Positions 62,056 to 64,000 of a DNA stretch of 64,000 nt are shown here, piece by piece (position 1 is the stretch's first letter; the number at the start of each line of letters is the position of its first letter). The translations under genes and the position numbers were made by a program. The stretch is from Bilabrum cf. latius. Its lineage: Eukaryota. The notes beneath the pieces were generated by a model. It saw only the letters and a list, made by a program, of their open reading frames with translations. It was not told where the DNA came from and searched no databases. Location: assembly GCA_965178125.1 (NCBI GenBank), contig OZ237751.1:744001-808000 (forward strand). The letters are read 5' to 3'.

Positions 62056-63737
62056 ATGAGCAGAAACTCGCGGCAGTGGCCTGTGACAAGTTTTGGGTGT
62101 TCGCCTAGGTTTGAGCCGACCAGTTATCAGCGCTCTGGCGACACGGAACCGGGACCAGAAACACGAGGCCACCTCGACTTGACTCGGTCCTCCCACAATC
62201 GCGCTGTTCAAGTCGGCATGGTAAGATCATCTCGATACGTGAAACAGAACTAACATGAAGTTTCTGTGGTTCGTAGTATGTGTCGAAGGCCCATGGAAAC
62301 TAGCGTGTGCCTACCATCTCCTTGTTTTTGCAGCAAGCGTTCGGCTCTTTCCAGCAAAGAGAAGTTTCTGACTACGACAAGGCGTTCCCCAAAATGCGAG
62401 CTACTAGTAGGGCAGTGCATCCTTCTGATGTCATGGGCGTGCCGCAGAAGTTTGTCCAATCCATTCAACGCGGCATGGAAGCAGCCACAACCACAACCTT
62501 GCGACCGCAGTCAACTTCGGCTACCGCCGCGCGGCACAGCCCGACTCACTTGCAACCAACAGTGTCGAGTGCGAGACGCCGCCAGCTCGCTGTCTCCAGG
62601 CGAAGGTTCCTTGAGAGCACAGGGAGGGTGCGCCCGTCCTCGGCAGCGACCAATGCCGCCACCGCCACCGCCGGGACGAGGAGCCCGTCGTCCAGGGCCT
62701 CTTCGGCCGCGGGTGACGCGGGGAGGCTGAGCTCTAGCAGCGCGTGGTTGTCGCCTGCCACGGTGCAGGGAGATGCCGGCGCTGTACCGGAACTGGAGCC
62801 GAGCGAGCAGCTGCAAAGGTCGGTCTACGCCACGCAGTCAGGCGCCAACCGCCCCCACCCTCACTCGTCACACACCTTTGGCAGGATGGCGGTGGACCTG
62901 GCGGCCCCCGAGGCTGAAGAGCCGGGCCCCGGGGCGTACTACCCCGAGTGGGCCGTCCCCGGGGGTGGTGGGGTGGCCACTCTGGCAGCCGACTGCTTCT
63001 CCTCTACCAGCCGAAGGTACGCCATGCGGGGCACCATTGGGTTCGGCAAGAGGTGGTGCACGGACGGAGCGAGAAATGCAGCCGTGCCTGCGGGGACTTA
63101 CGTCAGTAATGACGCAAGGGCGCATCCGAGTCCCCACAACTATGACGTCATGGGAAGTGAAGCGGCAATGAAAGCCAGGAAGGGCTGGAGGCCGCCGCCA
63201 CCAGACGCCATGCAGGCCACCAGAGCCAGGGCCAGGGTCTCAGCAATCGCCAGGAAGGCGATCGGGCTGGGGCCTGTCGCTACGGAACATGCTCCGCGCG
63301 GCGCCGCGGCTGCAGTGGTGGCAGCGCTCCCAGCCTCGCCCCTCGGCTGCATATCGCAGGATGGTGACCCGATGGAAGGCGCAGGCGGTGGGGCGGCGGG
63401 CCTTGTCACAGACACAGGCACCGGGACAGGCACAGGCACAGGCAGCGGGCGCGCCCTTGTTGATGATAAGCTGCCTGGCAAGCTGCAAGGACAGGGGGCC
63501 TGGGCGAGGCTTGGGGTGCCGGAACTGTCTTTGGCTGCAGAGAGTGATAGCAGGGGTACAGGGCCTACAAGAGTCCGCGAGACCGCTGGGAAGGGGGATG
63601 CAGCGCGTGCTGCGGCCGTTCCGGTTCCGGCCGACTCGAAGCAGGAGGAGCTGCGGCGCGTGCAGGCGGAGCTCGACCGAGCCAGGCGCGAGGTAGCGGC
63701 TTTGGAGAAGGCTATGAAGTAGAATTCGCGGTATTGA
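62056..63737 (+). CDS. ODF3/SHIPPO-repeat-like protein, ~522 aa
   Basis: Exon 1 62056-62220, intron 62221-62333 (GTAAGA...TTTTTGCAG), exon 2 reading through TAG 63720 to TGA 63735-63737, which is followed by TAA. Motifs EPGPGAYY, PSPHNYDV and FGCSPRF. Confidence 0.6.
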
Positions 63738-63839
63738 TAAGGTTATCGCGTTTCGTCATCGATTGCCCAGAATGAGCGAACCGCTGGAACGAACCTTCAT
63801 CGAATTCTTGGAAATTGCCAAAATCACATATTTGACACC

Positions 63840-63956
63840 ATGGGGTTCCTCTTCTCCAAGCCAAAGCCCCCGCCGCCTCCTGAACCATCTCCCAAAGAAA
63901 AAGCCGAGCTGGAGTTGCGACGTCAGATGGTCAAGGTTGAGAGAATAGCTAGAAAG
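63840..63956 (+). CDS. First exon of a probable ESCRT-III Vps20/CHMP6-like protein (continues beyond window)
   Basis: MGFLFSKPKPPPPPEPSPKEKAELELRRQMVKVERIARK followed by a GTAAGC donor. Myristoylation-type MGxxxS start and a KAxLxL+xQ helix. Only 39 aa are visible. Confidence 0.5.
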
Positions 63957-64000
63957 GTAAGCAAAGTGTTACTTGGCAAATTGCAAACAGCACTGATGAG

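Noticed and set aside
1-63737. Mass pseudogenisation, RIP-like C-to-T mutation or sequencing error as the cause of the in-frame stops
   Set aside because: Decay would also create TAA (from CAA), TGA (from CGA/TGG) and frameshifts. None occur across tens of kb, and the catalytic motifs are intact.
1-63737. Ciliate-type code (TAA and TAG = Gln), pyrrolysine, or TAG = Leu/Trp
   Set aside because: No in-frame TAA was found, and five genes end in TAA right after complete C-termini. TAG aligns mainly with CAG. The single TAG/Trp (2540) and TAG/Arg matches are in diverged regions.
1-64000. Suppressor tRNA-Gln(CUA) or other RNA genes in the window
   Set aside because: I saw no cloverleaf or T-loop (GTTCRA) in a plausible context by eye. 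tRNAscan-SE or Infernal is needed to exclude one.

Overview
Gene-dense, GC-rich, intron-poor eukaryotic nuclear DNA (GT-AG introns, RAD51, TFIIIC, U2AF65-like and ESCRT-III-like genes). It probably comes from a flagellated protist; a stramenopile/bicosoecid origin is only my impression. The ORF track looks shattered because the genome uses a non-standard code: TAG is a sense codon for glutamine while TAA and TGA remain stops. With TAG=Gln the fragments join into about 18 continuous genes, carrying about 135 in-frame TAGs by manual count and no in-frame TAA/TGA. The genes are two inverted hybrid histidine kinase paralogs, a ~4,500-aa TFIIIC subunit-1-like protein, an RNFT-like RING membrane protein, a secreted EGF/Gln-repeat protein, a PH-domain protein absent from the ORF track, RAD51, PEBP, a GH59 glycosidase, a sirtuin head-to-head with a PARP6/8-like gene, a divergent U2AF65-like protein, an ODF3-like protein, a Vps20-like first exon and several hypotheticals. 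There is also a 2.57-kb non-autonomous hAT-like DNA transposon with perfect 22-bp TIRs and an 8-bp TSD. All translations and counts were done by hand, and family calls rest on remembered motifs, not database searches.
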